Shown: one piece after another, positions 31,745-41,331 of the stretch
Position numbering within the stretch: the stretch's first letter is position 1
Layout: each line of letters opens with the position of its first letter
NCBI GenBank assembly: GCA_963814375.1
Contig: CAWFCQ010000004.1
Span: forward strand, 64,001-128,000
DNA from: an uncultured Chloroflexia bacterium
GTDB lineage: Bacteria > Chloroflexota > Limnocylindria > QHBO01
Direction: 5' to 3'
DNA length: 64,000 nt
Translations under genes and position numbers: made by a program
Notes under the pieces: generated by a model
Databases searched by the model: none
The model's input: only the letters and a program-made list of their open reading frames with translations
Told to the model about the DNA's origin: nothing

Positions 31745-32694
31745 GCCCACCACTCGACGCGTTGGCGGCCGCCGTCGACCGCGGCGCCCGCACCCTCCGC
31801 ATTCCGGACGACGCCAAGATGCTCCTGGCCGTCTCCGGCGGTTGCGACTCGATGGCCCTGCTGCGCGGGGCCGCCCGCCTGGTCGAGACCGATGCGCGCC
31901 AGTGGCGCCTGACCGTCGGCCACCTCGATCATGGCCTTCGTCCGGAGAGCCGGGACGACGCGACCTTCGTCGCCGATGCAGCTGCCTCGCTCGGCCTGAC
32001 CGTCGAGTTGCGTCAGACCGATGTCCACGCGCTCGCGGGTGCCGAGGGCCGGTCGATCGAGGACGCCGGTCGGGAGGCACGTTATCGGTTCCTGGAAGAG
32101 GTCGCGCCGCCCGGGACGCTGATCGCCACCGCCCACACCGCCGACGACGCTGCCGAGACCGTGCTCCTCAATCTCCTGCGTGGCAGCGGGCTGGCGGGCG
32201 TTCGCGGCATCCCGGCGCGGCGCGGCCGGATCGTGCGACCGCTGCTCGGCGAGCGACGAGCGACGCTGCGCGGTCTGCTCGACGCGGCCGGCATCGGCTA
32301 CCGGGATGACCCGTCCAACGAGGATCCGACATTCCTTCGCAACCGCGTGCGAGCCGAGCTCCTTCCACTGCTCGAGGAGCTGCGACCGGGAGCGGTTGAT
32401 CGCATCGGCAGCTTCGCGCGCCTGGCGGCCGATGACGACGCGCTGCTCGACGAGATAGCGGCGGCCGAGCTGGCACGACGGCGAACCGAGGCCGGCGAGA
32501 TCGATTGGCACGACCCGCCCGCCGATGCGCTGGCGCGGCGAGTGGTGCGCCTTGCGATCGGCGAGCCGGCGCCGAGCGCCGAGCGCGTCGAGGCCCTGCT
32601 CGAGGCCGCGGCCGGCGATCGCGGTGGAGTGACAGTCGAGCTGGGCGGCGGCAGGGTCGCATCGGTGCGGGAGAGGCGAATCCGGATCGGTTGA
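31684..32694 (+). CDS. tilS: tRNA(Ile)-lysidine synthase, short form; start uncertain (31684 inside the tRNA, 31762 or 31819)
   Basis: AVSGGCDS, HLDHGLR, EDAGREARY, AHTADDAAETVLLNLLRG, RPLL, DPSN, RNRVR; upstream of ftsH. Confidence 0.93.
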   Translation: MVEQGTHKPLAGGSNPPSATSPPLDALAAAVDRGARTLRIPDDAKMLLAVSGGCDSMALLRGAARLVETDARQWRLTVGHLDHGLRPESRDDATFVADAAASLGLTVELRQTDVHALAGAEGRSIEDAGREARYRFLEEVAPPGTLIATAHTADDAAETVLLNLLRGSGLAGVRGIPARRGRIVRPLLGERRATLRGLLDAAGIGYRDDPSNEDPTFLRNRVRAELLPLLEELRPGAVDRIGSFARLAADDDALLDEIAAAELARRRTEAGEIDWHDPPADALARRVVRLAIGEPAPSAERVEALLEAAAGDRGGVTVELGGGRVASVRERRIRIG

Positions 32695-32861
32695 GCCAAA
32701 CCGGCAACCCAGTACGTATAGAAGGTACCGGTGACCCCTGATCGGCCGTTTGTTCGGGTCTCAGGGCGCACCTATACTGGCGCGGCTCGAGGGGTCATCC
32801 TCTGGAGCCGGTGACGGCCGCGGGCCGGCGCCGAACGCACGGAGGCGAAAGCAGACCCACA

Positions 32862-34817
32862 TTGACCAGTCGCATCGTTCGCAACAGCGTCGTGCTCGTC
32901 GTCCTGGCCGTCTTTGGATTGGCCGTCCTGTGGACGTTCATGAGCGGCGGCGAGACGGGCGAGACCTACACCTACAGCCAGCTCCTCGATGACGTGGCCG
33001 CCGGGCGGATCGAGTCGATCACCCAGGAGGGCACGACCCTCACCGTCCTCACGCGCGACGGCGAGGAGCTCACCACGACCGTCGCCTCCTCCGACATCAA
33101 TTACCGCGAAGAGGTGTTCGCCGCGTGCGGCGAGAGCTGCGGCGACCTGAGCTTCGACTACGTGCAGCCCAGCGCGGCCGGCGGGATCCTGACGCTCCTG
33201 ATCAGTGCGCTGCTGCCGGTCCTGCTCATCGGCGGCTTCATCTTCTTCATGATGCGGCAGGCGCAGGGCACCAATAACCAGGCCATGAGCTTCGGCAAGA
33301 GCCGGGCTCGCATGTTCCTCGGCAACAAGACCGTCGTCACCTTCAACGACGTCGCCGGCGTTGACGAGGCGAAGCAGGAGCTGACCGAGGTGGTCGAGTT
33401 CCTCAAGTACCCCGAGAAGTTCAACAGCCTCGGCGCCCGCATCCCGCGCGGCGTCCTGCTGGTGGGGCCGCCCGGCACCGGCAAGACCCTCCTCGCACGC
33501 GCGGTCGCCGGCGAGGCGGGGGTGCCGTTCTTCAGCATCTCCGGCTCCGAGTTCGTCGAGATGTTCGTGGGTGTCGGCGCGAGCCGCGTGCGCGACCTCT
33601 TCGAGCAGGCCAAGCGCAACTCCCCGTGCATCGTCTTCGTCGACGAGATCGATGCCGTCGGGCGCCAGCGCGGCGCCGGCCTCGGTGGCTCGCACGACGA
33701 GCGGGAGCAGACCCTCAACCAGATCCTGGTCGAGATGGACGGCTTCGACACGAACACCAACGTGATCGTGGTGGCCGCCACCAACCGTCCCGACGTCCTC
33801 GACCCGGCGCTCCTCCGTCCGGGCCGGTTCGACCGACAGGTCGTCCTCGACCGCCCCGACATCAAGGGTCGCAAGGAGATCCTCTCGGTCCACATCAAGG
33901 GCAAGCCGCTCGACAAGACCGTCGACATCGAGGCCCTCGGTCGGCGCTCGCCGGGCTTCTCCGGTGCGGACCTCGCCAACCTCGTCAACGAGGCGGCCAT
34001 CCTGGCCGCGCGCCGCAACAAGAAGAGCATCGGCGCCGACGAGTTCAACGAGGCGATCGACCGGGTCATCGCCGGACCCGAGCGACGCAGCCGGATCATC
34101 ACCGAGGAGGAGAAGGAGATCATCGCCTACCACGAGGGCGGTCACGCCGTCGTGCAGCGCGTGCTTCCCAAGTGCGACCCGGTCACCAAGGTGACGATCG
34201 TGTCGCGCGGCATGGCCCTCGGCTACACGATGAGCCTGCCGCAGGAAGACCGATACCTCCACTCGAAGACCGAGTTCGAGGACAAGATCGCCGGCATGCT
34301 GGGCGGGAACGTGTCCGAAACGCTCGTGTTCGGTGACACGACCACGGGCTCCTCGAACGACATCGAGAAGGCCACGAACCTGGCCCGCGCGATGGTCACG
34401 CAGTACGGCATGAGCGAGAAGCTCGGCCCGCTGGCCTTCGGCAAGAAGGAGGAGATGGTCTTCCTGGGCCGCGAGATCAGCGAGCAGCGCAACTACTCGG
34501 ACGAGGTTGCCGCCAAGATCGACTCCGAGGTGCGCGAGATCATCGACCGCGCCTTTGAGCGGGCGCGAGAGGCGCTGACGACCCACCGCGACGTGCTCGA
34601 CCGGCTCGCGGTCCTGCTCGTCGAGAAGGAGACGATCGAGTCCGAGGAGTTCGAGGCGCTCTTCGACGGCGTGCTGCCGCCGCGCAGCGGTGGCCCGACG
34701 CCGAAGAGGATCGGCGCGGCCGCCGAGACCGATGGCGTCGAGCCCGATCTCGAGCCCGAGACCGAGGAAGAGGGCGGCAAGCGCCGCCGGCCCGGCCCGG
34801 CACCGCAGCCGGCCTAG
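32862..34817 (+). CDS. ftsH: ATP-dependent zinc metalloprotease FtsH
   Basis: Two TM; [41 protein letters not shown]; probable TTG start. Confidence 0.98.
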   Translation: MTSRIVRNSVVLVVLAVFGLAVLWTFMSGGETGETYTYSQLLDDVAAGRIESITQEGTTLTVLTRDGEELTTTVASSDINYREEVFAACGESCGDLSFDYVQPSAAGGILTLLISALLPVLLIGGFIFFMMRQAQGTNNQAMSFGKSRARMFLGNKTVVTFNDVAGVDEAKQELTEVVEFLKYPEKFNSLGARIPRGVLLVGPPGTGKTLLARAVAGEAGVPFFSISGSEFVEMFVGVGASRVRDLFEQAKRNSPCIVFVDEIDAVGRQRGAGLGGSHDEREQTLNQILVEMDGFDTNTNVIVVAATNRPDVLDPALLRPGRFDRQVVLDRPDIKGRKEILSVHIKGKPLDKTVDIEALGRRSPGFSGADLANLVNEAAILAARRNKKSIGADEFNEAIDRVIAGPERRSRIITEEEKEIIAYHEGGHAVVQRVLPKCDPVTKVTIVSRGMALGYTMSLPQEDRYLHSKTEFEDKIAGMLGGNVSETLVFGDTTTGSSNDIEKATNLARAMVTQYGMSEKLGPLAFGKKEEMVFLGREISEQRNYSDEVAAKIDSEVREIIDRAFERAREALTTHRDVLDRLAVLLVEKETIESEEFEALFDGVLPPRSGGPTPKRIGAAAETDGVEPDLEPETEEEGGKRRRPGPAPQPA

Positions 34818-34838
34818 GCCAGCTCTTCGACCAACGTG

Positions 34839-34866
34839 CTGAGGCCCGCCCGGAGGCGGGCCTCAG
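34839..34866. terminator. Bidirectional terminator-like hairpin
   Basis: CTGAGGCCCGCC-CGGA-GGCGGGCCTCAG, a 12-bp perfect stem between convergent genes. Confidence 0.75.
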
Positions 34867-34869
34867 TCG

Positions 34870-35310
34870 TCAGCCCTTGCCGGTGAGGCGGTCCCAGAAC
34901 GACGGTCCGCCGCCCTTGAGGTCGTCGAGGAAGTTGCCCCACTCGGCCTCCGCCTTCACCGCGCGCTCCAGGCCCTCGACGCGCTCCTCGACGATCTCGC
35001 GCACCCGGATGGCCTCACCCTCGTCCAGCCAGAACCCGTGCTTGCTGTCGCACACGTCGAGCTCGAGGTTATAGGCGCGATAGTTGAAGGCGCTCATGCG
35101 GTCTCCGCACTTGGGGCAGGGCAGCTCCGATTCGCGCTGCGCGTACTCGATCATGCCCGAGCGTTGCTCGTCGGTCGACTCCACCGTCGATTCGAGCTTC
35201 GCGAGCTCATCCTCATCGAGCCAGCCGCCGCGACATTGCGGACATCGGTCGACATCGATTCCCTTGTGGGTCTCGACCTGGAGCTCGGACTGGTCCCTGG
35301 GACACTGCAC
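34870..35310 (-). CDS. Double zf-TFIIB-like zinc-ribbon protein
   Basis: CPRD...VDRCPQCRGGWLDEDEL and CPKC...LDVCDSKHGFWLDEGE; GGAGG SD. Confidence 0.85.
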   Translation of the reverse strand: MQCPRDQSELQVETHKGIDVDRCPQCRGGWLDEDELAKLESTVESTDEQRSGMIEYAQRESELPCPKCGDRMSAFNYRAYNLELDVCDSKHGFWLDEGEAIRVREIVEERVEGLERAVKAEAEWGNFLDDLKGGGPSFWDRLTGKG

Positions 35311-35590
35311 GCGGCGGCCTCCGTTGTCTGAGTGTTGCCTGAGTGGCTGCGCGAAGGGTAGCGCGCCCGATCACCACGTGGATTACCAGCACCGGCCATC
35401 AACGGAGAACGGAGACCCGAATCGGCCGTGGAAACGACCGAGAATGAGCGGGATGGGTAAGCCACGGCAATAGAGGGCGTTCTCAGTGGCCGATGCTTAC
35501 CAAGTCGGGTAAGCGGGTCTTGCGGCATCGGTTCGCGGTAGTCCGATCGGGTCATTGGTGGACTAGGAGGTGAGCCGTATACTCGCTCGC

Positions 35591-36748
35591 GTGTTGCGTG
35601 CAGGCACCCCTGCCACGCACCTCATCGAGCCTGAGCGAATGGAGCCTGCCAACCCCATGATCGACGAGCCGGTCGCCGCCGAACCCAAGAAGGCTGACCA
35701 ACACGACTGGAAGCTGGATGCTGCGGACGGGACGCTCCTTCCTCGTTCGGCGCTGGACGTGCTGACACGCCTCAACGAGCGGGTCGCGAAGGGCAGCATC
35801 GAGGACCTCGTGCCGATCGCAACCGGCTTCGTGCCGATGGACAAGACGATCGGCGGCGGCCTCCGGCCGGGCGAGCTCATGCTCATCGGCGGCGCGCAGG
35901 GTCAGGGCAAGACCACGATGGCGCTCCAGATGGCGCGCAACATGGCCGCATCGGGCCAGGCGACCGTGCTCTACGTCTGCTTCGAGCATGACGAGGAGTA
36001 CCTGATCCAGCGCATGGTGGCGATGGAGTCAGCGCTCTCGCACCTGCCCAAGAAGTCGGGCGCGGTGAAGATCCAGGACGTCAAGAAGGAGGTCGTCAGC
36101 TCCTACACGACGTCGGCGGAGACCGGCACCAGCGCCAAGCTCGGCGCGAACCCGCGCCTCCGCCCCAGCCTGGAGCGGATCGCCCGCTACGGCTCGAACC
36201 TCTACCTCATGCGCGGCACCGCGACGTCCTCGACGATCGACAACATGCGCGCGCTCGTGAAGGAGCACAGAGGATCCGACGACGAGCGCCGGCTCGTGCT
36301 GTTCGTCGACTACCTCCAGAAGGTCCCGGTGATCCCGGAGCCCTCATCCGAGGAGGAGAAGGTCACGCGGATCGTGTCGGGGCTCAAGGACATCGCCCTG
36401 GCGGAGTCGGTGCCGGTCGTCGCGATCGTCGCCGCCGACCGAGAGGGGCTAAAGGCGAAGCGGCTGCGTAACCATCATCTGCGCGGCTCGTCGGCCATCA
36501 ACTACGAGTCCGACATCATCCTCATCCTCAACGACAAGTACCACATCGTCGCCAAGGTCAACATCGAGTTCAACCCGTACCAGGCCCAGCGCTATCGCGA
36601 CTGGATCATCGCGACGATCGAGAAGAACCGCGGCGGCCAGGACAACGTCGATCTCGAGTTCGAGAAGCTCTTCGAGTACAGCTGCTTCGATCCGACGGGC
36701 CGGATCACGGCCGAGAAGCTGATCGAGGAACGGCTCTTCAACGACTGA
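35591..36748 (+). CDS. DnaB-like helicase C-terminal (RecA-fold) domain protein lacking the DnaB N-terminal domain; start uncertain (35591-35657)
   Basis: IATGF..MDKTIGGGLRPGELMLIGGAQGQGKT, FEH, FVDYLQ, LRGSSAINYESDIILIL, IEKNRGG. Confidence 0.85.
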   Translation: MLRAGTPATHLIEPERMEPANPMIDEPVAAEPKKADQHDWKLDAADGTLLPRSALDVLTRLNERVAKGSIEDLVPIATGFVPMDKTIGGGLRPGELMLIGGAQGQGKTTMALQMARNMAASGQATVLYVCFEHDEEYLIQRMVAMESALSHLPKKSGAVKIQDVKKEVVSSYTTSAETGTSAKLGANPRLRPSLERIARYGSNLYLMRGTATSSTIDNMRALVKEHRGSDDERRLVLFVDYLQKVPVIPEPSSEEEKVTRIVSGLKDIALAESVPVVAIVAADREGLKAKRLRNHHLRGSSAINYESDIILILNDKYHIVAKVNIEFNPYQAQRYRDWIIATIEKNRGGQDNVDLEFEKLFEYSCFDPTGRITAEKLIEERLFND

Positions 36749-36760
36749 CGACGCCAGCCG

Positions 36761-37216
36761 ATGACGTCCGGTCCGACCATCGACCCGTACACCGTGCTCC
36801 AGGTCATGCCGACCTGTGAGCAGGAGGTCGTTCACGCCGCCTTCAAGGCGCTCGCCCTGAAGTACCACCCCGACCACGACGCAACCCGCCGGGCGGCCGA
36901 CAAGATGGCGCAGCTGAACGCCGCGTACGCCGCGCTCCGCGATGAGCGTGCGCGGGCGTCGCACGACCGGAGCCGCCGCGCGACCATCGCCGGCGTGTCG
37001 ATCGCCAACTCTCCGCGGCCCGGGCCGGTGCCGCCACCGCCATCGGCTTCGCCAGGAAGCGTGCTGGGCTTCGGCCGATACAGCGGATGGAGCCTTCGCG
37101 ATTTGGCGCGGCGCGATCCCGACTACCTCCTGTGGCTCTCCCGCCACTCGTCGGGCATCCGGTACCGCACCGAGATCTACGGCATCTTGCGCACGATGGG
37201 CGTCTCCGCCGCCTGA
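36761..37216 (+). CDS. J-domain protein with a C-terminal FGxYxG (DUF3820/ExoX-C-like) domain
   Basis: DPYTVLQV, ALKYHPD, QLNAAYAAL; LGFGRYSGWSLRDLARRDPDYLLWL. Confidence 0.85.
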   Translation: MTSGPTIDPYTVLQVMPTCEQEVVHAAFKALALKYHPDHDATRRAADKMAQLNAAYAALRDERARASHDRSRRATIAGVSIANSPRPGPVPPPPSASPGSVLGFGRYSGWSLRDLARRDPDYLLWLSRHSSGIRYRTEIYGILRTMGVSAA

Positions 37217-37236
37217 ACCTCGCCTGCCCGCGCGAA

Positions 37237-37320
37237 CCGAATTCACACCAGGCGTGCGTTAGGCGCGCCTCCCACCCGCCAGTGGTCCGAATTCACATGA
37301 GACGTGCCAAGGGGCGCCTC
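37237..37320. repeat. Degenerate tandem repeat with 50-bp period
   Basis: CCGAATTCACA at 37237 and 37287, each followed by G(G/A)CGTGC and GCGCCTC. Confidence 0.7.
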
Positions 37321-37364
37321 ATTCGTCCGTTCGCGCCGGCCAAGCCTGCATAACGGTCATGCCA

Positions 37365-37380
37365 TGTGAATCCATTCACC
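37365..37380. promoter_or_regulatory. TGTGAA-N4-TTCAC palindrome (Rex/CRP-like site)
   Basis: TGTGAATCCATTCACC just upstream of the TACGCT -10 (37397) of the HAD operon. Confidence 0.45.
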
Positions 37381-37411
37381 TGAGCGGCGTCTCGCTTACG
37401 CTGGACCGGCC

Positions 37412-38146
37412 ATGATCGATAAGAGCCCGCCACTCCGCGCCGTCTTCCTCGACATCGGGGAGACGGTCATGCGCCCGAATCCCTCGTGGGAGGACGTCTA
37501 CGCGATCGCCTTTGGCGAGTTCGGCGTCGACGTCGAGATCGGCGAGCTCCACGCCGCATTGCGGCGCGCGTATCGCCACGGGGGATGGGGGATGGAGGAG
37601 GGGTTCGACCCGAACGAGGAGACGAGCTTCCGTCGCACCGTCGAGATCGACGCCGCGGCGATCGCCGAGATGGGCCTCGCACCCATGCCCGATCCCTTCT
37701 TCCGACGCCTCGGCGAGCTCTTCATGGTGACCAGCCACTGGCACATCTATCCCGATGCGTACGCCGCCCTGCTTGCGCTGAAGGAGCGCGAGCTCATCGT
37801 CGGCGCGGTGAGCAACTGGGTCTGGAACCTGCCTGAGCTGCTGCATGCCCTCGACCTGGTGCAGCACTTCGACTTCATCGCCGCATCGGCCCGCATCGGC
37901 TTCGAGAAGCCACACGCGCGCATCTTCGAGTGGGCGCTCGAGCAGGCGAACGTCCCGGCCGCGTCGGTCATCCACGTCGGGGATCACGTCGTCGCCGACA
38001 TCGAGGGCGCCCGTGCGGTGGGCATCGACGGCGTCCTCATCGACCGGGGCGGCCACCATGCGGGCGACGCGGTTCCGGCGGGCACGCCGGTGATCTCCTC
38101 GCTCGAGGAGCTGCTTCCGATCGTGGACGCGAGGATGGGACGATGA
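37412..38146 (+). CDS. HAD-IA family hydrolase
   Basis: FLDIGET, VSNW, EKPHARIF, HVGDHVVADIEGA. Confidence 0.9.
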   Translation: MIDKSPPLRAVFLDIGETVMRPNPSWEDVYAIAFGEFGVDVEIGELHAALRRAYRHGGWGMEEGFDPNEETSFRRTVEIDAAAIAEMGLAPMPDPFFRRLGELFMVTSHWHIYPDAYAALLALKERELIVGAVSNWVWNLPELLHALDLVQHFDFIAASARIGFEKPHARIFEWALEQANVPAASVIHVGDHVVADIEGARAVGIDGVLIDRGGHHAGDAVPAGTPVISSLEELLPIVDARMGR

Positions 38147-38712
38147 GCGAGGCGTGGCGCTGCTTCGTCGCCGTCCCGCTGCCCGACCCGCTGCGGTCGG
38201 CGCTCGTCGCGGCTACCGAGGCGTGGCGCGCGGACACGGCGCTCGCGGGCATGCGCTTCGCCGATATCGACGGTGCGCACCTGACCATCGCCTTCCTCGG
38301 CGCGACAGCACCGGATCGGATTCCAGCGATCTCGGCCGCGCTGAACCGGGTCGCCGGCGCCCATGAGCCGATGCGTCTCGCCACCGGCGGCCTCGGCGCG
38401 TTCCCGTCGAGCGGTCGTGCGCGGGTGCTGTGGTACGGAGTCGACGACTCAGACGGGCGCCTGGCCACGCTGGCGGGCGCGCTTCATCAGGCGCTCGGGC
38501 TCGATGCCCCCACGCGGTATCGTCCCCACGTGACCCTCGCGCGCTCGCGACATCGGCCCATCCCGATCACCGAGTGGCTGCGACACGCCCGCGCGCCCGA
38601 GGGGGAGATCGAGGTCACGCGCCTGGAGCTGATGCGCAGCCACCTCGGACGCGGACCGGCTCGCTACGAGCGGCTCGCCACCGCCGAGCTCCGAGCACCG
38701 GCCCGTGTCTGA
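38143..38712 (+). CDS. thpR: RNA 2',3'-cyclic phosphodiesterase (2H family)
   Basis: RCFVAV, AHLTIAFLG, GAFP, RPHVTLAR. Confidence 0.9.
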   Translation: MSEAWRCFVAVPLPDPLRSALVAATEAWRADTALAGMRFADIDGAHLTIAFLGATAPDRIPAISAALNRVAGAHEPMRLATGGLGAFPSSGRARVLWYGVDDSDGRLATLAGALHQALGLDAPTRYRPHVTLARSRHRPIPITEWLRHARAPEGEIEVTRLELMRSHLGRGPARYERLATAELRAPARV

Positions 38713-39235
38713 CCAGGCGGTGCGCTCACGACCGCCATACGTGGCGGTGATCGGCGACGGCGAGCCGCATGGGCCGGACGCGCATCGCATCCTCGAATGG
38801 GCCGAGGAAGTCGGCCAGCATCTGGCGCGTGGCGGCGCCGTGGTCGTGACCGGCGGCCTGGGCGGCGTCATGCGTTCCGCCTCGCGCGGCGCCGCCGGAG
38901 CGGGCGGAGAGACGATCGGTATCCTTCCGGGCTCGAATCCCGCCGATGCGAACGAGTTCGTTCGCACGCCGATCGCGACCGGGCTCGGCGTCGTTCGGAA
39001 CCTCGTGGTGGTGACGTCCGCGGACGCGGTCATCGCCATCGGTGGGCGCCACGGCACCTTGTCGGAGATCGGCCTCGCGCTCCGCATGGGCCGGCACGTC
39101 GTGGCGCTCAGCTCGTGGCGGGTCGAGTCAGAACATCGCCTCGGCGGCCCACGCATCCACCGGGCCCGGGACCCGCGCGAAGCGGTCGCGCTCGCCCTCC
39201 GCCTGGCGGCCGCCGGTCCCGACGACCCCGCCTGA
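38705..39235 (+). CDS. TIGR00725 family (LOG/Rossmann-like) protein
   Basis: TGGLGGVM, IGILPG, ATGLGVVRN, GTLSEIGLAL. Confidence 0.88.
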   Translation: MSDQAVRSRPPYVAVIGDGEPHGPDAHRILEWAEEVGQHLARGGAVVVTGGLGGVMRSASRGAAGAGGETIGILPGSNPADANEFVRTPIATGLGVVRNLVVVTSADAVIAIGGRHGTLSEIGLALRMGRHVVALSSWRVESEHRLGGPRIHRARDPREAVALALRLAAAGPDDPA

Positions 39236-39326
39236 GGAGCTAGTGGACGAGCCCCTGCTGGTCGAGCTGGTAGAGCTCTGCCGGGTCGTACGGCATCTCG
39301 ACCAGCCCGGTCCGTAGACTGGCCGC

Positions 39327-39942
39327 ATGCAAGAACGGGTCCTGGTACTCGAGCGCGGTCTGGTCCCGGGCGGATGCGACTTCCACGGAATCCGCGCGTC
39401 CGGCCCCGCCGACCTGGCCCAGCTCAGGAGCGCCGTCGCCCGCCACGGGATCTACCGCGACCGCGCTCAGGCCGAGGCCGACGCCTCACACAAGCAGCTC
39501 ATCCCGTACGTCGTTGTCCGCGACGGCGCTGCCGTCTTCCTCATGCGCAGAACCGATGCGGGCGGCGACGCGCGGCTCCACGGGAAGGCCAGCATCGGGG
39601 TTGGCGGCCATCTCAATCCGGTCGACGATAGCGAGGACGCGCTGATGGCCGGCCTGCGCCGCGAGTGGCAGGAGGAGCTCGAGACCGACTGGGAGCCGGA
39701 TTTCGAGCCTCGTCGGGCTGCTGAACGACGACGGCAATCCCGTCGGTGCGGTCCACCTCGGCGTCGTCTTCATCGTCGACGCGGCCGGTCGACCGGTGCG
39801 CGTCCGCGAGCACGAAAAGCTGTCCGGCGCCTTCGCCGATGCACGTGAGGTCGCCGCCAGCTGGGATCGGCTCGAGACCTGGTCCCGCCTCGTCGCCGAG
39901 GCGCTGGGACTCGCTGCTCAACCAGCTTCCTCAGCGTCCTGA
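39327..39942 (+). CDS. NUDIX-like phosphoesterase (YmaB-like), frameshift near 39710
   Basis: KQLIPY, RLHGKASIGVGGHLN, REWQEE, then LLNDD..VGAVHLG..LETWS in a shifted frame. Confidence 0.85.
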
Positions 39943-39964
39943 CAACCGCCGATATACTCGATCC

Positions 39965-41323
39965 ATGCTGCGTCGCGCGCTTGCCGCGCTGAGCCTGGCG
40001 CTCGGCATCATCGGGCTTGCGGCGCCCGTCGGGGCCGCCGACGACCACGTCGCCCAGATCGACCTGAGCGGCGTGATCGACCAGGTCAATGCGGCGTACA
40101 TCGAGGAGGCGCTGGCCGTCGCGGCCGAGGACGAGGCCGCCGCCGCGCTGATCGTGATCGACTCGCCGGGCGGCGAGCTGACGAGCATGGATCGGATCAT
40201 CAAGGCCATCCTCGCCAGCGAGGTCCCGGTCATCGCCTGGGTGGCGCCGGAGGGTGCTCGTGCCGGCTCGGCTGCGACCTTCGTGACGCTGGCTGCGGAT
40301 GTCGCGGCGATGGCGCCGAACACGAACATCGGTGCCGCATCGGTGGTTGGGAGCGGCGGCGAGGACCTGCCCGAGACGCTGTCCGAGAAGATCACCAATG
40401 ACGCCGTCGCCCGCATCCGCGCCCTTGCCAACGACCACGAGCGCAACGCCGATTGGGCCGAGTCGGCGGTGCGGGACGCGGCATCGATCGACGCGAACGA
40501 GGCCGTGGCGATGGAGCCGCCCGTGGTCGACATGGTGGCGAGCACGACCGAGGAGCTCTTCGAGGCGGTCGACAGTGGGCACCGAGCCGACGGGCACGAA
40601 TACACGCACGATGGTGAGCCTCTCCCGCCGCTGTCGGGGCTGCCGATCACGGAGCTCGAGATGAGCCCGGGCCAGGAGTTCCTCCACCTGCTGAGCGATC
40701 CGAACATCGCGTTCCTTCTCTTCACCATCGGCTTCTACGGGATCGTGGCCGAGCTGTTCCACCCCAACTTCTTCTCGGGCATCCTGGGAGCGATCGCGAT
40801 CGTCGTCGCGCTGATCGGCTCGAATGCACTTCCGCTCAACGTCGGCAGCCTCCTGCTCGTGCTCGGTGGCATCGGCCTGCTGGCCCTCGAGGCGGTCGTG
40901 GCGAGCTACGGGCTGCTGACCGTCGGGGGCGTCGTCGCCATCGTGCTCGGTGCGTTCGGGCTCTGGACTGGGGTGCGACCGAACGAGTTCGCCTTCGACG
41001 TCAGCGTCAGTCCGTGGATCATCGGGGTGGTGATCGCGGTCGGCATCGCCTACGCGTGGGTCATCGTCCGCGCCCTGATGGAGATGCGCCGCGCTGGGGG
41101 TGTGGCGAACAGGCCGGTGGCGGCGCTCGTCGGGAGGACCGCCACCGCGCAGACGGTCATCGCGCCGACGGGGATCGCATATGCTGACGGCGAGAGCTGG
41201 TCGGCGCGCAGCACCGCTGTGGAGATCCGTGCCGGCACCCCGCTGCGCGTCATCGGCGTGGATGGGCTCCAGCTGATCGTCGAGCCCGCTGCCGCGGGCG
41301 ACGCGGGACCAACGGAGGGATAG
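39965..41323 (+). CDS. nfeD: NfeD membrane-bound ClpP-class serine protease (long form)
   Basis: Signal peptide; DSPGG, AGSAA, NIGAA, EKITND; TM region; C-terminal OB fold GESWSA. Confidence 0.92.
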   Translation: MLRRALAALSLALGIIGLAAPVGAADDHVAQIDLSGVIDQVNAAYIEEALAVAAEDEAAAALIVIDSPGGELTSMDRIIKAILASEVPVIAWVAPEGARAGSAATFVTLAADVAAMAPNTNIGAASVVGSGGEDLPETLSEKITNDAVARIRALANDHERNADWAESAVRDAASIDANEAVAMEPPVVDMVASTTEELFEAVDSGHRADGHEYTHDGEPLPPLSGLPITELEMSPGQEFLHLLSDPNIAFLLFTIGFYGIVAELFHPNFFSGILGAIAIVVALIGSNALPLNVGSLLLVLGGIGLLALEAVVASYGLLTVGGVVAIVLGAFGLWTGVRPNEFAFDVSVSPWIIGVVIAVGIAYAWVIVRALMEMRRAGGVANRPVAALVGRTATAQTVIAPTGIAYADGESWSARSTAVEIRAGTPLRVIGVDGLQLIVEPAAAGDAGPTEG

Positions 41324-41331
41324 CGCAAGTC

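Noticed and set aside
31670-31760. tRNA as an island integration site
   Set aside because: No duplicated tRNA 3' end noticed and no adjacent integrase; flanks are core genes
35591-36748. Prophage replication module or oriC near the DnaB-like gene
   Set aside because: No phage genes and no DnaA-box (TTATCCACA) cluster seen
37293-37310. TTGGCACG on the minus strand as a sigma-54 promoter
   Set aside because: The -12 element (TTGC) is absent and no gene lies downstream on that strand
37237-37336. Repeat considered as a mini CRISPR array
   Set aside because: Only two degenerate units, similarity extends through the would-be spacer, and no cas genes are present
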